From Candidatus Poseidoniaceae archaeon (lineage in GTDB: Archaea > Thermoplasmatota > Poseidoniia > Poseidoniales > Poseidoniaceae), in NCBI GenBank assembly GCA_030741225.1, contig JASLVU010000002.1, forward strand, positions 1 through 34,292: a stretch of 34,292 nucleotides of DNA. Reading direction: 5' to 3'. Each line of letters opens with the position of its first letter. Position 1 is the first letter of the stretch. Below are positions 33,534 to 34,292 of the stretch, piece after piece. The notes beneath the pieces are model-generated. The model did no database searches and had not been told where the DNA came from. It worked only from the letters and a program-made list of their open reading frames with translations. The position numbers were made by a program, and so were the translations under genes.

Positions 33534-34292
33534 TTACTCAGCCCCGTGAATTGAGCCGTCCTCAGCGATTTTGTACAATCGAATTGTGCTGGTTGCACCA
33601 GATATTGCCTGAGGACTACCAGAGATGGCAACAACTCGGTCTCCAACACCAATTGTTCCGTCTTCAAGCAGCATGTGTATCGAAGATTGCATCGTTTGCG
33701 AACCTCGCTCAAATTCCTCGACCATGAGGCCTTTGACTCCAGGAATAAGTTGAAGACGACGCATTGCTCGAATACGATTACTCACTGCAGTAACAGGAAT
33801 ACCAGGGCAATATCCTGCTACAAGTCGAGCCGCATTACCGTGTTGAGTTGCCACAACAATATGTTTGGCTTTGGAGATTTTCGCAAGTTCAACACCTGCA
33901 TGAGCAACAGACCGGGTTGAAACAAATCGGGCAAGACCGCTTGGACGTTGGTCCGATGAATTCAAACCCTTTTCACTTGCCACAGCAATCTTCGCCATTG
34001 TTTCAACAGCTTGTAGAGGGTACTTTCCAAGTGCGGTTTCACCTGAGAGCATGACTGCAGTTGCACCATGCCGAATCGCACCAGATACATCGCTCACTTC
34101 GGCACGTGTTGGCCGTGGCTGAAGGGTCATAGACTCGAGCATTTGAGTGGCGACAATGACAATTTTTCCACGAGTTAGGGCTCCATCGATGATTCTCTGT
34201 TGGGCCTCAGGCACGTCTTCGAGAGGAATTTCAACACCTAAATCTCCTCGCGCCACCATTACGGCGTCTGCAGAATCAAGGATTTCATCAAG
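33534..34292 (-). CDS. pyk: Pyruvate kinase, C-terminal part (N-terminus beyond the window edge)
   Basis: The frame stays open to base 34292 (LDEILDSADAVMVARGDLGVEIP...). Also present are VIVATQMLESM and MLSGETA. Confidence 0.9.
   Translation of the reverse strand, partial: LDEILDSADAVMVARGDLGVEIPLEDVPEAQQRIIDGALTRGKIVIVATQMLESMTLQPRPTRAEVSDVSGAIRHGATAVMLSGETALGKYPLQAVETMAKIAVASEKGLNSSDQRPSGLARFVSTRSVAHAGVELAKISKAKHIVVATQHGNAARLVAGYCPGIPVTAVSNRIRAMRRLQLIPGVKGLMVEEFERGSQTMQSSIHMLLEDGTIGVGDRVVAISGSPQAISGATSTIRLYKIAEDGSIHGAE

Noticed and set aside
1-34292. A window-wide look for CRISPR arrays, rRNA genes, IS elements or transposases, prophage genes and recognisable defence systems.
   Set aside because: I saw no regularly spaced direct repeats outside the coding repeat at 15.25-15.82 kb. 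I recognised no nuclease, methylase, integrase or Cas-like motifs in any long ORF, and no rRNA-like conserved tracts. This was visual motif recognition only, so divergent systems could have been missed.

Overview
This 34.3-kb window is a gene-dense chromosomal segment of an archaeon, probably a mesophilic euryarchaeote. Archaeal-only markers are ribosomal proteins L7Ae/S28e/L24e/S10, aIF5B, EF-1alpha, deoxyhypusine synthase and a GINS-like protein; bacterial-type UvrB and Soj/ParA are also present. The giant, sequon-rich surface proteins resemble those of planktonic lineages such as Marine Group II, but that is an impression, not a result. I call 26 protein genes (two cut by the window edges) and 2 tRNAs (Ile-GAU, Leu-CAA). 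I found no rRNA, CRISPR array, transposase or integrase. The housekeeping blocks are uvrB-dys, prs, the conserved rpl7ae-rps28e-rpl24e-ndk-infB string, and tuf-rps10 next to pyk. The accessory or poorly understood content falls into five groups. (1) A same-strand run at 14.3-23.1 kb holds a P1B-type metal ATPase, an ArsR-like regulator, a triple zinc-ribbon protein, an 833-aa E/R/Q/L-rich coiled-coil protein with a Pro/Thr-rich tail, and an 815-aa membrane-anchored beta-propeller/Ca-repeat surface protein. The last three form my best candidate for an undescribed module. (2) A MoxR ATPase is followed by a ParA/Soj ATPase, a ribbon-helix-helix protein and an 84-87-aa unknown, which looks like a SegAB/type-Ib-like partition locus. 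(3) A 2136-aa surface protein sits against tRNA-Leu, and its ribosome-binding site lies inside a perfect 8-bp hairpin. (4) The longest non-coding stretch (about 380 nt, AT-rich, 5.7-6.07 kb) carries exact direct repeats and an ORB-like palindrome. (5) A GINS-like protein is split by a long acidic linker. All functional calls come from motif recognition by eye. No database search or structure prediction was run.
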